DNA of 64,000 nucleotides, from positions 2,418,001 to 2,482,000 of the forward strand of contig CM060733.1 in assembly GCA_030704615.1 (NCBI GenBank), read 5' to 3'. The stretch comes from Takakia lepidozioides (taxonomy: Eukaryota > Plantae > Bryophyta). The position numbers were made by a program, and so were the translations under genes. Below, piece by piece: positions 38,492-51,774 of this stretch. The notes under the pieces are model-generated. The model saw only the letters and a program-made list of their open reading frames with translations. It was not told the DNA's origin and made no database searches. How positions within the stretch are numbered: the first letter of the stretch is position 1; every line of letters starts with the position of its first letter.

Positions 38492-38799
38492 AGTTCCTGG
38501 GGAGGGGCTGGATTTATGCGACCAGAGATAGAACAGAAAATCCTGATGGGGAAAAAGACTGGGTGAGAAATCCGTAACACTCTTTATGTACTCAAAATTC
38601 CACTATCCAAAAGTTTACTTGTGACATAGTTGGATGGGGTCAGACTGTGTTTGCCTGCCTGGTTTATAATTTGGGTGTGATGTGGATTCCAAGTTTTGGC
38701 TTCAGGAGTTTTGCACTGGAGCAGATGGTGGCCACGAAGAATTGTGGTCGGTGTCAGTATCCTTTACAAAATGATATTCGAGAACAAAACTGTCATTCA

Positions 38800-39095
38800 C
38801 ATTGCTGGGTTATCCAGTCTTTGGTGATCATGTGGAGCGGAGAGTTCCAGCAGGGGTGCTGATGAACCCCAAAGGCATGGCCAGCTTCTCTGGTGGCAAA
38901 GAGAGAATTCCTTCATCTCCTCCTCCACATCATCCACATCATGCAATACAAATCGTGTGTCAGGCACGTACCCAGCCTCATTCATCTGCCCAGACAATCT
39001 CTTAACCTCCCCATGGATTTCCTCCACAGGCAGATGCACTTTTTCTACAACGACTACATGCACTTGCCTGTTGACCTCAATGCAGCAAGCTTGTC
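38800..39095 (-). pseudogene. PPR E+/DYW domain remnant
   Basis: IEVNRQVH...QMNEAGYVPDTRFVLHDVD...KEFSLCH, then a frameshift. Confidence 0.8.
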
Positions 39096-39800
39096 TAGAC
39101 TTTTGCACCTAAACCAAGACCGCTAACCAAACCCTGAACACTCTCGCATTCCTTGGTTTCAGTTTGTACGTCAGATGTCCATGTGTGTTGCTTCATGTCA
39201 TACATCGCAAATTCTGGATAGGGTATGTCAGTGCAAATGAATATGAGATTGTCAGAGTCTTTGTAGAATCTTTGAACTCCCATATTTGCTACTACGAGTG
39301 GATCTCGAACATGACCCCCAACTAGAAACAGACGCCCCTCGCTCTCTACAAGCCTTGGTCGACTAAAACTACCACCTCCACCAAATTTAGGCATTTGTAT
39401 AGCAACTTGAATCCACACGCCAGCACCAATGTCATAATAAGCCAGCAAAGTGTAGACGTTACTCTTTGGGACTCCATAAAACACAGCGAGTAGGGCCACA
39501 TATCACACTTCCTGTACAGCACCAGCTGCACCCTTCACATGCCGGCATCTTTCCAGTCTCGGACCAATACTCGCATATTGAGTCATAGATGTGTGTTCTC
39601 CACTGTGACCCATAGTCGTCCCTGCGATACTCGTTTGATATCACAATGATCTTGTAGGTGTTGCTGCGTCTAACCACAATCAAGTGCACCCTGTCATTCA
39701 CCAAAAATCTTGAGTCAGTTATCCAGATATCCTCAAGAAATCCCTTCACACAAACTGTCAGGCATCAAAAGAGAGAGGGAGAGTCCTCAATGCACGAACT
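39095..39800 (-). pseudogene. F-box-associated kelch-like beta-propeller remnant
   Basis: YKIIVI...THIYDS...W, LLAYYD...W and PRLVESEGRLFLVGG motifs. Frameshifted, no F-box seen. Confidence 0.65.
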
Positions 39801-39910
39801 TACATGTCCATGCCAAAACAAGCTCCACCACCAACTAGTCCTTGAGGGTTTGTCACGCTCCTCATCGGGAAATTGTCACAGCATACACTTCTCGCCAATA
39901 TCCAGTTCAG

Positions 39911-41425
39911 CTATGATTTTCCAGACAAACATAAGTGGTCACCAAGAACATGAATAGAGGAGCCTCCAGGCAATGCAATGCGTAGGCCATACTGCAAGTC
40001 TTGCCTTTCAGCCGAAACAGAGTATGTAGCACGCAAGCGCTCCACGTGATCAAAACCAAGACTTTTGCCCGTATAACTCTCGACAAACTGCTTTAGCACC
40101 CGTCGTTGTAAAGCAATAGGAAGTGATTGCAAGATGGCCACATCAAGCTTCTTGCTGTAGTCCTCACTGCCCAGGCTCCCATGCACTGTTTCTGCCTTCC
40201 TCCTGATGCTCTCACATAAACTATCAAGGTACACCTGCTCAGAGTGTAGAATCTCGGCCCATCTTGCCAAAGATTTATCGACCCCACCCTGCAGATTTTT
40301 CCTGAGATAGGGCAAGAGCTGTTGACGGATCCGGTTTCTATCTATTTCCAAAGACAAATTGCTTGGGTCAGGCCACAGTGGCAGTTCCAGCAGCTTCCGA
40401 AGTTCTCGAAGCTCTGTCCTGGTGAAACCCAGAAGAGGTCTCACCAATGCCAGCCCCTGGGTTTTGACCTTCCTCCTCCTATCTTGGCTATCTTCAATGG
40501 CATCAACTAGCCCTTTGGGTTCAAATGCAGTGCGAGAAGAGACCGAGAGTGAAGGAGACAGCAGTCGTTTCCATGTAAGGGACTGCAGGCCATGAAGCCC
40601 ACTTCCTCGAAAGAGATTGTACAGCAGAGTCTCTACCCGATCACTGGCAGTGTGAGCTGTGACAATGGTATCATACCCATGCCGCAAAGCAATCCTTTGC
40701 AAAATGCCATACCTCCAATTTCGTGCTGCCCCTTCCCCTGGCACTGCCCGGGTGGTCACTGCCTGATAATAGTTCACCTCCAAGCTGCTAGCCATGTCAG
40801 CAACATGTGATGCTTGAGCACGGGAGGACGATGCCCATTGATGATCACAGTGGACTACACCGAGTTGCCATCCCCACTGAGGTTGCAACCGTGCCAACAA
40901 TCGAAGAGCACACACTGAATCTTGTCCCCCAGACACAGCAATCAACACCTTCTCTGATGGCTGCAGCAGCTGTCTCTCTCTCACAGTCTTACTCAACCTC
41001 TGTAGCATCCGTTCCTCCATCTTCACAGGACCAACATTTTGAATTCCTGCCGTCCTTTCGCCCCCTTCCATTGCATGCTCTACACAATTCTCTAAACCTG
41101 ACCAGTCTATTTGCCTCCGCGGTCCCCGCTTGCTGGCAACAAGATTCATATCATTCCCACTGCGTCGCCGAGTCCGAATCGTTCCGAAAGTCTTATCTAA
41201 TAATCCATGCCTATGAGATGCTGACCAAAAACCGTTCTTCACCACATCTCTCTGGAGTCGAGGGGAACGGCAACCCAAATCCCTCCTCTTCCCATCTTTC
41301 CCTGATAATAACGGCGGCGAATAAGCAATAATCTTGCACCCCTGTTGTCGTCCCACATCTTGTATCCTATCACAGAAACCGCTGAAGGAAACAGTCTTCT
41401 GACTCCCGTTTCCAATTACCAGCAT
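39911..41425 (-). CDS. tilS: tRNA(Ile)-lysidine synthase, probably plastid-targeted
   Basis: PP-loop AVSGGQDS, HCDHQW, AHTASDRVETLLYNLFRGSG, VRPLL and DPSN...RNRIR motifs. Intronless, with an N-terminal extension of about 140 aa. Start codon uncertain. Confidence 0.93.
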   Translation of the reverse strand: MLVIGNGSQKTVSFSGFCDRIQDVGRQQGCKIIAYSPPLLSGKDGKRRDLGCRSPRLQRDVVKNGFWSASHRHGLLDKTFGTIRTRRRSGNDMNLVASKRGPRRQIDWSGLENCVEHAMEGGERTAGIQNVGPVKMEERMLQRLSKTVRERQLLQPSEKVLIAVSGGQDSVCALRLLARLQPQWGWQLGVVHCDHQWASSSRAQASHVADMASSLEVNYYQAVTTRAVPGEGAARNWRYGILQRIALRHGYDTIVTAHTASDRVETLLYNLFRGSGLHGLQSLTWKRLLSPSLSVSSRTAFEPKGLVDAIEDSQDRRRKVKTQGLALVRPLLGFTRTELRELRKLLELPLWPDPSNLSLEIDRNRIRQQLLPYLRKNLQGGVDKSLARWAEILHSEQVYLDSLCESIRRKAETVHGSLGSEDYSKKLDVAILQSLPIALQRRVLKQFVESYTGKSLGFDHVERLRATYSVSAERQDLQYGLRIALPGGSSIHVLGDHLCLSGKS

Positions 41426-42801
41426 CTCTCAAGAAAAAGAGATTTTGTAAGAAGCGAAAGAGAATGCAGATGAGAGAGAGGAAGAAACTTAACACTCACT
41501 AAAGAATGAATATACGTCTAAAGACGATCGTGGCATATTCAGACATGAGATTGCCAGTGATCATGCACAGCTCCCTTGGACAAGATCGAATTGAAAAATT
41601 CCGCGAAAATTTGAAGCGATGCTCAAAGTAGGTCTGCTGAGCACAAGTTTCCCAAAGCTCAACTCCGGTTTCTGTGTAGTCAGGACTTGAGCGCCTCTCA
41701 GTCCTTAAATGTAGCCTTCTCAAGAATTTTCAGGAGGGCTGCGCAATGAGCCAAGCACGTTGCCGCAAAGCTCTTCAGAGAAAGGCACACAAGCGGCGTC
41801 AAGAACCTCAACGCTGCCGATGGGAGTGGCTGCCAACAACACAAAGCTTAGAGAAGGTGGATCCTCGAGCTAGCCTATTGCTTGATCGTTCCGTCTGTTG
41901 CAAGCTACAAGACTAGAAGAGCCAACACCGAAGTGAACACCCAACTCTAAGCGGAAAAGTGAAAATATGGACATTTTTGCTTTGCTCTGGGCATGCAATG
42001 CCCCCCCTCTAGATCATTGCACTATTGATATGAAGACTTTGTTCTCTTTCCTGCACCATACATTGCAGAAGTTGACATTGCTGTGCAAGAATTGTGGAGC
42101 TTGACTACAACCAAGGCTAAAAGCTTGAACTAAGAAACTTCTTGTGCCATTTGGAATCTTCTTCCCATCTACCATCTGTGTCTCTTCGGAGCTTGCAGAA
42201 ACCTTGGGGAGACTTGAGGAACAATGTCTATGCGCAAGCCATGACCAAGAAATGTGGCATTCATGAATTGCAAAAATTGCAGGACAAATTTATCTTGGAG
42301 CTGCAATTTAATCTCTATTCCACATCCCTGCACAACAAGAACTGTATTGCAGAAAAGATCGTTGTTCATCAGACTTTGTGCAGTCTTACCAACAGTGCTC
42401 CTAATCTCATTATTTCCAAGTTTCTTTCTTGGCTGTGGCATACCACTATCGTGCGCTGAAATGCTGATCAGTAAAAGTGTCTTATTGTTGGAGAACAGGG
42501 GTATTACCAAAAACAAACAACATGGACTTGCCGATGTACATGTAACGTACACTTGCGAAAGAAGTGGACTTCGCTTCACAAGAGTTACACAAGAAGTCAC
42601 TCAAATTCGGCATCCTGCAAGTGCACTGGGTTCATTGAACCCAGTTCATTCTGGACCTGCAGCAAGTCTCTTACTGCTAGACAATCTACCACGGTAACTT
42701 TCAACCAGAAAGCTACCAAGCTCTGGTGGTTGGCTGTAGACTTTCACATTCAGAATTATATGTTTTTAGATCCATCGTAAAGAACTTGACAGCTATCCTG
42801 G

Positions 42802-45800
42802 TCACAGGTCATCGTCTTGCTCCCAAGGCTGCTGCTCGTCATACCACCATGTCTTCACTGTGCAATCGTGCGAGCAACTGTTCCACCAATGACCATCATC
42901 AGTGCTGGAGCTTGATAGGAGGGAGCCATACCACAATTTGTTCCTCGATCTGTAACTTATCTGATACTACCTTTTCTTATCACATACAACACAGATTAGA
43001 CATCTGGTGACTGAAATGCATTCACTTACTATCACTTGCAATCTGAGAAAAGGCAATTTTCTTAACCTCCACTCGAAGTATTCCATCAGATAGACAACAC
43101 CCAGTTAACAAATTTCATCCTGGCACTTACTATTGAGATGGAAAGAAAGTGAAAGGGGTCACCTGACTAGGAGACTTTGGTGGGTATTCCAAATGGCACG
43201 GTATGCAATGTCGCTATGGCTATCTGCACTATGACTGCCCAGCCGCTGAAGCATCTCCCCTGTTGCAGCATCCCATATGTAGATCAACCCATCCTGTCAC
43301 AACACCATCAACGTGCAGGTCATTCAGCAAGCTACACATCAACTCCACCACGAACTAAAAGGGGTAAAAATGTCAACTGGAAACCTTAGTATCTTAGAGC
43401 GCACTGATACATCGCCACAAGAAGGGTGTGGTTATGTATCAATGAAAATTGGTCAGGTCTCCGGGTAACCCAATGTGGAACTTGAGAGTTGGACAAAATG
43501 CTGTAACAAGATCTCAAAAGTGCTGTCAGCCACAGATTATTCGACATACTTCCAATATGTACACATCTTGGATTGAAGGGACAGACTACATACCTCTGAC
43601 CCGCCAACAACAAGCGACTCATCAGGTCCAAAGCTGGCCCGAACAAAGTTTTTACTTGTGTTTTGATGACCCTTGAACCTCCTTATGGGCCGTGCCTGCC
43701 AACCATGCATACATGTCAAAAAAGTTAAGTTTGTCCCTCTATCTAACCGTACCAATGGATTGCTTACCAAAGAAGAAAAAGCCTTTGTTGTTTGCTTCTA
43801 GGCACAAGTGAAGAGGATCAAATTTAACCAACAAATACAGTGGTGGTATCCACACATCTGAAACTACCCCATTATAATAAGCAGGATTCAGATCCACTGG
43901 ACATGTTACATATGAATACATGCATGCAGGGTACAACTTAATTGTGAACTGGTTGAGAAAGAAACATAAGATGGCTGAGGAAAGAGCTGCGTCGCTCAAA
44001 TTTTCCTTAGAGGGGAGCAGATATGTAGGAGGAACTGAGCTTTCAGATGGTCTTACTGCCTGGTCCACACAGAAAAGCAAAACTGCCAACAACGATCCTG
44101 CTAGATCCAAACCCGTCCAGGATTGAATATGCTGGGATGGAGAGCTGTGTCTGAGAGACTGAAAGAGAATGCAGTCATTAGACATTGTTTAGCCTTGTGG
44201 CCATAGAGACCCCGTGCCCAAATTGGACGGAAAAAAGAGACTGAAAGAGAGAATGAGATAAGAAAACTTGATAACATCAAGAGGGCCAAGGGCCCACGAG
44301 AAAGAGTAAACAACAACAAAAACCACTTCAGAAAATGTAGAGAGGGAAGATAGCGAGGGAGCCTCACCAGACGCACATCCCAAAGGCGATTGGAGTTGTC
44401 CTTGGACCCACTTAAGAGCAAGCTGCCAGCCTTGTTCATCTCCACCGATGTCACCTCTGTCCCAAGACATTGGCATCATCCAACGTTAGTCCCTCTTTCT
44501 CTCCATCTCACCCCCTGCCCGTGCGACTGCATCTTCTTTGAGAGCAAGAACTGGCATGAAAACTCTCCACGTCAAAATGCTGGAGAGACGTGCACCTAAG
44601 CCGGTAAGAAAGTCAACGTTTGCAGCAGACGGGCACATCCAACCTTGTCCTAAGAGACTCGAAAGAAATCTCACAGACGGGGATTGCATCAGAAAGGAGC
44701 AAAAAACAGGGAGAGGAGGGAAAAGGTACCTCCAAGATGAGAGCTGTATGTTTTCACACATACTCCACTCACCAAGTCCCAGAACTTGATTGTGCTGTCC
44801 TTAGAGCTGCCATTTAAGACCAGTTGAAGTCTAGGATTAGACAGTGCCAGGAAATCTCCCAGAGTTTGTTTCTGTGTGTCACTCTGCACTTCATAAAACT
44901 GGGCATCTGATGGGGAAAGCCTGATGCATACATCTCACTTTTCCTTGTCTTTTGTCACCTTTTTTCTGATTTTATCTCATGGTAACATGGACAATATGAA
45001 GCTTCTTTCTTTCATCCTTTCTCTCCCTCTCTTTCGCATCCCCTTTCCCACAATGTGACCTGTTTGGAACATCGGTGAACCTATCAATGTACCTCTGCAA
45101 CACTCTACCTGCCTTTTCTTGCTCCCTCCAAAGGGGGCTTGGACCATGGCCACCTGGCTTGGGAACACTCTGTGAACTATTCACTCTTGCCACGTCTTTA
45201 TCCAATTTGGTAACACGTACCCGCTAATGACGAGGTTGCCCAGAGGGTTGAAAATGACACGGGAGACAGAGGACTTGTGCCCACTGAATGTTCGTAACAA
45301 TGCCGCTGTGCGTGCATCCCAGAGTCTTACGGTCTTATCATATCCCCCTGTTACCACATAATTCTGCACCACCATCAGCTTAGTGTCTCTTCTCAAAGCT
45401 AACTACAAGTCTGTCATACAAAATGTGCAGTCAAGAGAGATTAATGCCCCTCAGAAACTGGAAAATCACACATAGGACTACGGAGCATCAATCAAAGTTA
45501 ATTCTTTGACAACCAATTTCTATACGCCACACAAGTTGAATTGCACCAGCAGATCTAGAGGAGGAAAGATGGTGAGTGCAGCCACATTTTGAGTGTGAAG
45601 ACCAGGAGACCAAAAGATCATGAAGAAAGACAGGCAAAGGTTTCTGACTAGGGTATGCCTAAACTTTAGGCATGATTTTGGGTGGCTCTGTTGCAATAGG
45701 GAAATGGAGAACAAGAGCTTACATTTGATTGGTGGAACTTGACACTGTACACATCACCCTCATGGCCAGAAAGGGTTGCCGAACATGCCGACTTTGTTGC

Positions 45801-48800
45801 CATCCCTCGCAAATTCCAAAACTGTTATGAACAACAAAGATATTCAGCATGGGAGTACCAAAGAAAACTAAAATATATCTGACTATTCTCATAGTGAGAA
45901 ACTGTAATTGTATGTCAATTTATCCTTTTATGTGATACAATGAAGCTCCTCTCCCTCTTCCTACTTCCCTGTCCCCAATTAAGTTTGTACCTTCACAGTT
46001 GAATCGCCAGAAGCACTGGCCACAAGATCACCACTGGTGCTTGAGGTAACATCCCAAATACGAGATGTGTGTCCCCCCCCACCTGCCAGGTCTCCATCTC
46101 CCAGCACCCGCACACACCGTCCATCCTCGACGTCCCAAACTCGTAGAGTATTATCACTAGAAGCAAAGGACATATTGAAATGAATTCCAGTTTGATGTGC
46201 ACACCAAAATACAGAGAGGGAAAGGGAGAGAGATAATGTACTCATGAGAAGTTGCCCTTGTGGCCTTCAACCCCGCGCCCAGTTGGGGTGGAACAAGAGG
46301 GCATTGACGCTACCTTTGTGAGGGGCTCGCAGTGGGACTTACCATGATAAAAACAATTAGTTCGGGATTTCCAGATTTCTTCTGGAAATCCCTGGACACA
46401 ATCATCAGTCTGCTGTGTGTGAGCTGCCTAGCAATTAGACTCCAACAGGGCCATGGCTTTAGGCTCAGCCTTGAGAATTTGACAGATGGTGAAAACACCA
46501 AGATATGTGTAGCAAGGGAGCACAGGAATCTCTTGATGTCCCCAGGTCCATTTGAGATCCCCTCCTCCCTCCCCACGATCATTGAAAAGAAAGAGAGAAA
46601 AATGTACTCATGCCATCCCCTGCGAACGTTGACCCTGCCGGAAACCAACCCTCCCTCACTAGGGGGTTAGGGGGTCTGCTACGCAAGGGTCCACCAAAAC
46701 CCAGATAAGGAAGGGTGCCCAACGCACCAAGCCACAAAGTATGATGATGGAATAACAGTGGGGTTTGCACCCACCAGGGTTTAGCTTATCCTGCAGCCCA
46801 TAGAGAGAGAGAATGTACTCATGAGACTTTGTTTACTCAGAGACAGAGACTCCAGCCGAAGCCAACATATACAAGAACCACTGCCTTTGTGGGTACCGCC
46901 CCCTTTTGCAGGTGTGCCCAAAATATACAGAAGAGGCTCTGGACATACCAAACTCCTCTTTTCTGCTTCTCTCTAGCATACTTTGTATGATGGGACAGAT
47001 GAGGGGATGCTGATAATAGTACAACATACCCCACAGGCTTATGGTGGGATTGTAACTTATTTCTGCAGGAGCACCCTCACCGATGGAATGGACTGTGTGT
47101 GGCTTGACCTTGCAAATGAGGCAAATCTGTCCTTCGGATTTCCACCCTCGAATATGGATATTCCTAAGAGATTTCTTGAGAAAAAGATGTCCAACTACCG
47201 GAGTGAATCTACTGCTACTCTACAGCAGTATGCAACCTCTAATGACTACGTCTCACACAAAATACAATCACATCCTACCATCCATGACAACCACCATATT
47301 GGAATTTTTTATAGCCAGCACAAAAAATTTCTTATCAAAATGTGAGGGAGCTGCACCTCTAGACTGACGCACCTGGAGCCAGAAACAAGGAGCGTACCCT
47401 CTTCTCCCACAAAGTCTACACACCTGCCCACACACACAGCCATCACTATGATACACAGACCCAAAATCGGGAGCACAAGAAAATCCACATATAAGTGCAC
47501 TAGAGCAATAAAAAGGAAGGGGAAAAGAAAACTGAATCAATACGTACTTGACATTACTGCGATGGCCTCGGAAAGTAGTTTTGTGAGCATTGGGAAGAAC
47601 AAAGCATGAGTAGTCCTCCAGCAATCTGTGCACATGGCAGCCAGCACCAGTGCACCCTTATGAAAGCTGCGCCACCCCCCTCATCTCCCCTGCCCCTGCC
47701 AAAGACCCGATTCTCATCAACAACCCTCTTCTGTGGGAGAGAGGGACAGTTGCAAGGAAGCGGGTGGGGCAGTAAAGAGACCATTAGAGAAGACCAATCT
47801 AACACCCACACATGTCTAGCCTATATAAGCTTAAAAAATTGTTACTCAAATAAGCATAGATTGCCAGAAATGCTAACAGAGAAAAGGTGACACAGAAGAG
47901 AAGGTCGTTTACGTGGGAACGCTGGGGACAACTTTAGGATGGTATCTGCTGAACTCAATCTGGTAGCGCACAGCCTGCTTCAACAAATGTAAGAGGCGCT
48001 GTGGCTGCACCTCCTGCCTTGCCACTGTCCCATTTAATCACACCCAGTCCTGTTTAGCTTGTTAGCAAACCCTCACCCCTCCCTCTCCTTGCTGGTATGC
48101 TTTACGGTGTGATTGATAGTTGGGATCCTTTATCATACAACCCTAATGAGCTTCATATGACTGGGCAGTAGCAACACTCCTGATATTACACCACTCTCTA
48201 ATACTTGCTTTGTTATCCACTCCCCAATCCATGTCAAATTCATGCTTAGGGCCAGCTAGGTTTGGCAATTCGATGTCTTTGGACGAAAGAGCTATAGATA
48301 CTCAGACTGGCAGCACCCGCACCATTGGGGGTAATGTCCACAATCCTAAGGCCCCCTGTGCATGACAATGCAGTATGCCTATCAATCATCTGTTTCTACC
48401 TGCATCAACCCTTCAACAGTGATTGTTTATCAGTTTGAAAGGTGCATCTTTCAAACTCTCACCTTCCCCCACCTCGTGTGTCAATCTCTAGCCCTAAAAG
48501 ACTTAAGTTACAAACCTGCAAGATCATTGTTCTCTATTTCCAACATAGATGAGAACTGCTCCACCAGTTTTTCTCTGCATACAACACCACAGCTCTCCCT
48601 GGTCAAAAAGACAATCCAATGCAAACAGCTACACCCTATACAGCATAACAGTCCTTTCAAGACTGCACCAATGGCATGAGCCAATGATTATACAATCTCA
48701 GTCACCATTATTTAGTGCATGCACCACCAGTGCACCCAAGCTAATGCCTCACCAGCAACTTCTGCAGAAGTGCAGCTCATCAAAGCCTGATATCAATCCT

Positions 48801-51774
48801 CAAAAGTTCTAGGCTCCTCAGTAAACTGGTGATGGGCCATGTAGATTTTCACAAGGGCCCCAGCTTCAGCATGTAGGGGTGCACATGCCCCTAGATGGGA
48901 AGGACTTAAAAGCTTCAAGGCTAGCTTCACAAGCCTGGGAATACATTTCATCGACAAGTCCCTGTTAAGGTGATTGCAAGTGAAACCCCATCAAGAAACT
49001 TTCTTCGGCTCAAGCAGTCAGTTGGACAACTAGTAGAGAACCATACATACCTTGATGTAGCCACACCTTCCCAATTTTTGAAGAAGGGCGCATCTTGGAT
49101 ACTCTTGCATGTTAACAGATAACACAAGTCTTTAAACTCATTGTGTAGGCTCCCCATTTGCTCCAACGGCTTCAGCCTTTTGGTCAGCAGTGCAAAGGCC
49201 TGCATGGTAGGTATACACCTTAATGTCTGTCTCTGGTGTCACTCTCCCACAATATCATTGCTCATTTCAGAGTCAATCTCCCTCCCCTCCCCTAAAACAT
49301 CCAGAGAAGGAAAAATGGACAATGGTAGAATGAAAAGCACCAGACATTATGAAGACATTTGCACAGATACTATCTTGAACCAAAGGCAAAGAGAAAAACC
49401 TTCTGATACTCTAGTTGCTCAATCAGCTCCAAATACTGCTGCTTGTAGACAGTGTACAGAAAATGCTTGTGGTCCTTCAGAGGTGTTTTCTGCACCAGCT
49501 TTTCCATTTCTGCCCATTCTCCCTCTGTCCATTGATAAGAGTACATTGCACCAAAATTAACTCTCAATTCTCTCCAAGGTGCTTCACGACCATCCAGTTT
49601 ACAAATGTTCGATTCAGAGAAGAGAACTCGAAGGCATCCATGGAACCTCGAGCCTCTTGCCCCCCTGCTTGTCTTGAACTTTGAGGTGAAGTCACTTCTT
49701 GCTCTTCTGTAGGGGTCAGGACTGATGCTAAGCTTCTCGCTACCTAAACTTTGTGCTATCTTACTGCATTTAATTTTTCATGTCAAGAGTAAACAATACC
49801 AACCTTTCAAGCAGTAGTATCAAACTTTAAAGTAAAACTAGGTGAAAAAGAAAAGGTCGGCAGAGTAGAGAAACACAGGAAAGAGTACTGAACCCTTACC
49901 AAGGATGGCTGATTTAATGCGCTTGAAGTGGGAGCGGTTCCGTAGATGCTCCGTGAAGCGCACACTGGCTTCATCCTGGATTGTCATAATTGATGCGACA
50001 TAGCCCTCGTCCTGAAGATACTGGACTATCATCCGTACTATGTCCTGCACATGCTAGAAGTCTGGAAAATTAGTCACTGGCGAGTTCAAAATCCTTGAGG
50101 TTTAGCCTTAAAATTGATTAACCTTCTCAGAACCTTCTAAATGAACCCCTGGTTACGATAAAAGGGGCTTCAGTACATTGTCCTATGTCAAAGACAAAAC
50201 CCACCACTAAGCTCCGGTATGTAATACAGTGTGTCCACAAGAGTGCTGACAAATTGGTGTGATCAAAACGGGTATGAACTATGAACACATTCCTGCATGT
50301 TGGTCAACAAAGACAACGTCCTGGACAGCTCTACAATTACCTTGATGGGAATGAAAACTTACTATAACCTAGTTTCAGAAGAAATTCCCAATTCATCTCT
50401 CTACTTCCCATATTCAGCAAAACCCACCTCTTTTATCTTGGCATTGGTGTGGTCAAAAATGGCATCATCACTGCCAATGGTTCTTCGGGGAGGCCCTGCA
50501 TAGACAGCACCCTGCGCTCGTTCTGTAAGGTCACAACTGCCACTTCCATTGATTTCCTGACTGCAATCCCAATCAACCAAAATTCCCAACTCAATCAGTG
50601 TAAAGTAACTCAATGTGATGGTTGCCAAGACAGAGAGAGAGGGTGTGTGCAAGTTGGAATGATCATTTGACGACTGAACTGCTATTATGTGATTGGCCGA
50701 AGGAATGCTCCCTGCAATCACATCAAATTTCGTAATGCGGATATTGGAACACAGTGATTTTATATCAAAACTCACAAATGTGACAAATAATATACAATCT
50801 GCAGTGGTTGTGAAAAAGCAAATGAAGAGTCAGGGAAAAATCATAGACAGCTTATATGGTAGAGTTTGGTTGGCAGCAACTGAACGCACATGGCTACAGA
50901 CTGCAAAGGCAGATAACAGAGTCAGAAAGGCTGTGCCTTCAGCTGCCAGCAGTCACTGACCATTCCTTTCCTTGTTGACACTGGCTCCAGCAGGTTGCAG
51001 GTTCCAGATGTTTCTGTGGTTATTTACAAATGTATGAATTTCTAAATTTCTGATTGACTTCTACAAGTTGAAATGGTGAAGACTGTCGCTCTGACTTTTC
51101 TCTCTGCTGGTCATTGTCGATGTCCTGGCAACAAACTAACTTCTCAACTGGACTCTGACTTCAATTCTGAAGTTACAAGTTAACTATGTGTGATGGCAAT
51201 GGCCCTCATCCTGCTCTCCCCCTGTTCCCTTCCCTGCTCCTTGCCACTGTTGGGTCCGTCCATATTGGCCATGGGGTCTATTGCCACAAGCTATAGCTCC
51301 GAAGTATCAGGACATACTCGGTATCACACATAAGTTGATTGTACGAAACCTATGGAGATTCTCTCTGCTACGGAATTTAGTTTCACACAGCTCAGGCGTC
51401 GCTCTTCAAGCGAATGGAAGAAGTTTACAGTGTTATAAGAGAATATCTGTACTTGTCCTGAAATTCCCGAGGCAGCAGATCACCACAAGAGAAAACCTAC
51501 ACTTACCGTAGCACCGTAGCACAATGGCAGGGGTATAGGGGGACGACGTAGAAATAGCGACGAATTGAGAGGCAGCTGCAGTCGACACAAGTCAAAAACC
51601 AAAAGAATGATTCTGCACAAGCCGTAGAAACGAGACAGAAATGATAGCTCGTTGCACACAGACTGAAAGCCAGAGGTAAAAATGCAAGGGTGGGAAGTAC
51701 CCCGAAGAAGTAGACAGTTCGGGAGAGGGATGCAGCGCAAGGCCCTGATCGGATGAAGAGCTCGAATGCGCCAT
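42802..51774 (-). CDS. Multi-exon LisH/CTLH plus WD40-repeat protein; 5' exons uncertain
   Basis: LisH DIVRMIVQYLQDEGY (~50040) and CTLH GEWAEMEKL...QQYLELIE (~49450). WD exons GHTSRIWDV, GGYDKTVRLWD, GSKDNSNRLWD and GHQNTSKNFVRASFG. Last exon CSHDCTVKTWWYDEQQPWEQDDDL with stop at 42802-42804. GT-AG introns. Confidence 0.85.
46235..46826 (+). mobile_element. Two short retro-insertions in tandem at one intronic site
   Basis: AATGTACTCATG occurs three times (46235, 46601, 46812), each preceded by a GA-rich tract. Confidence 0.6.
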
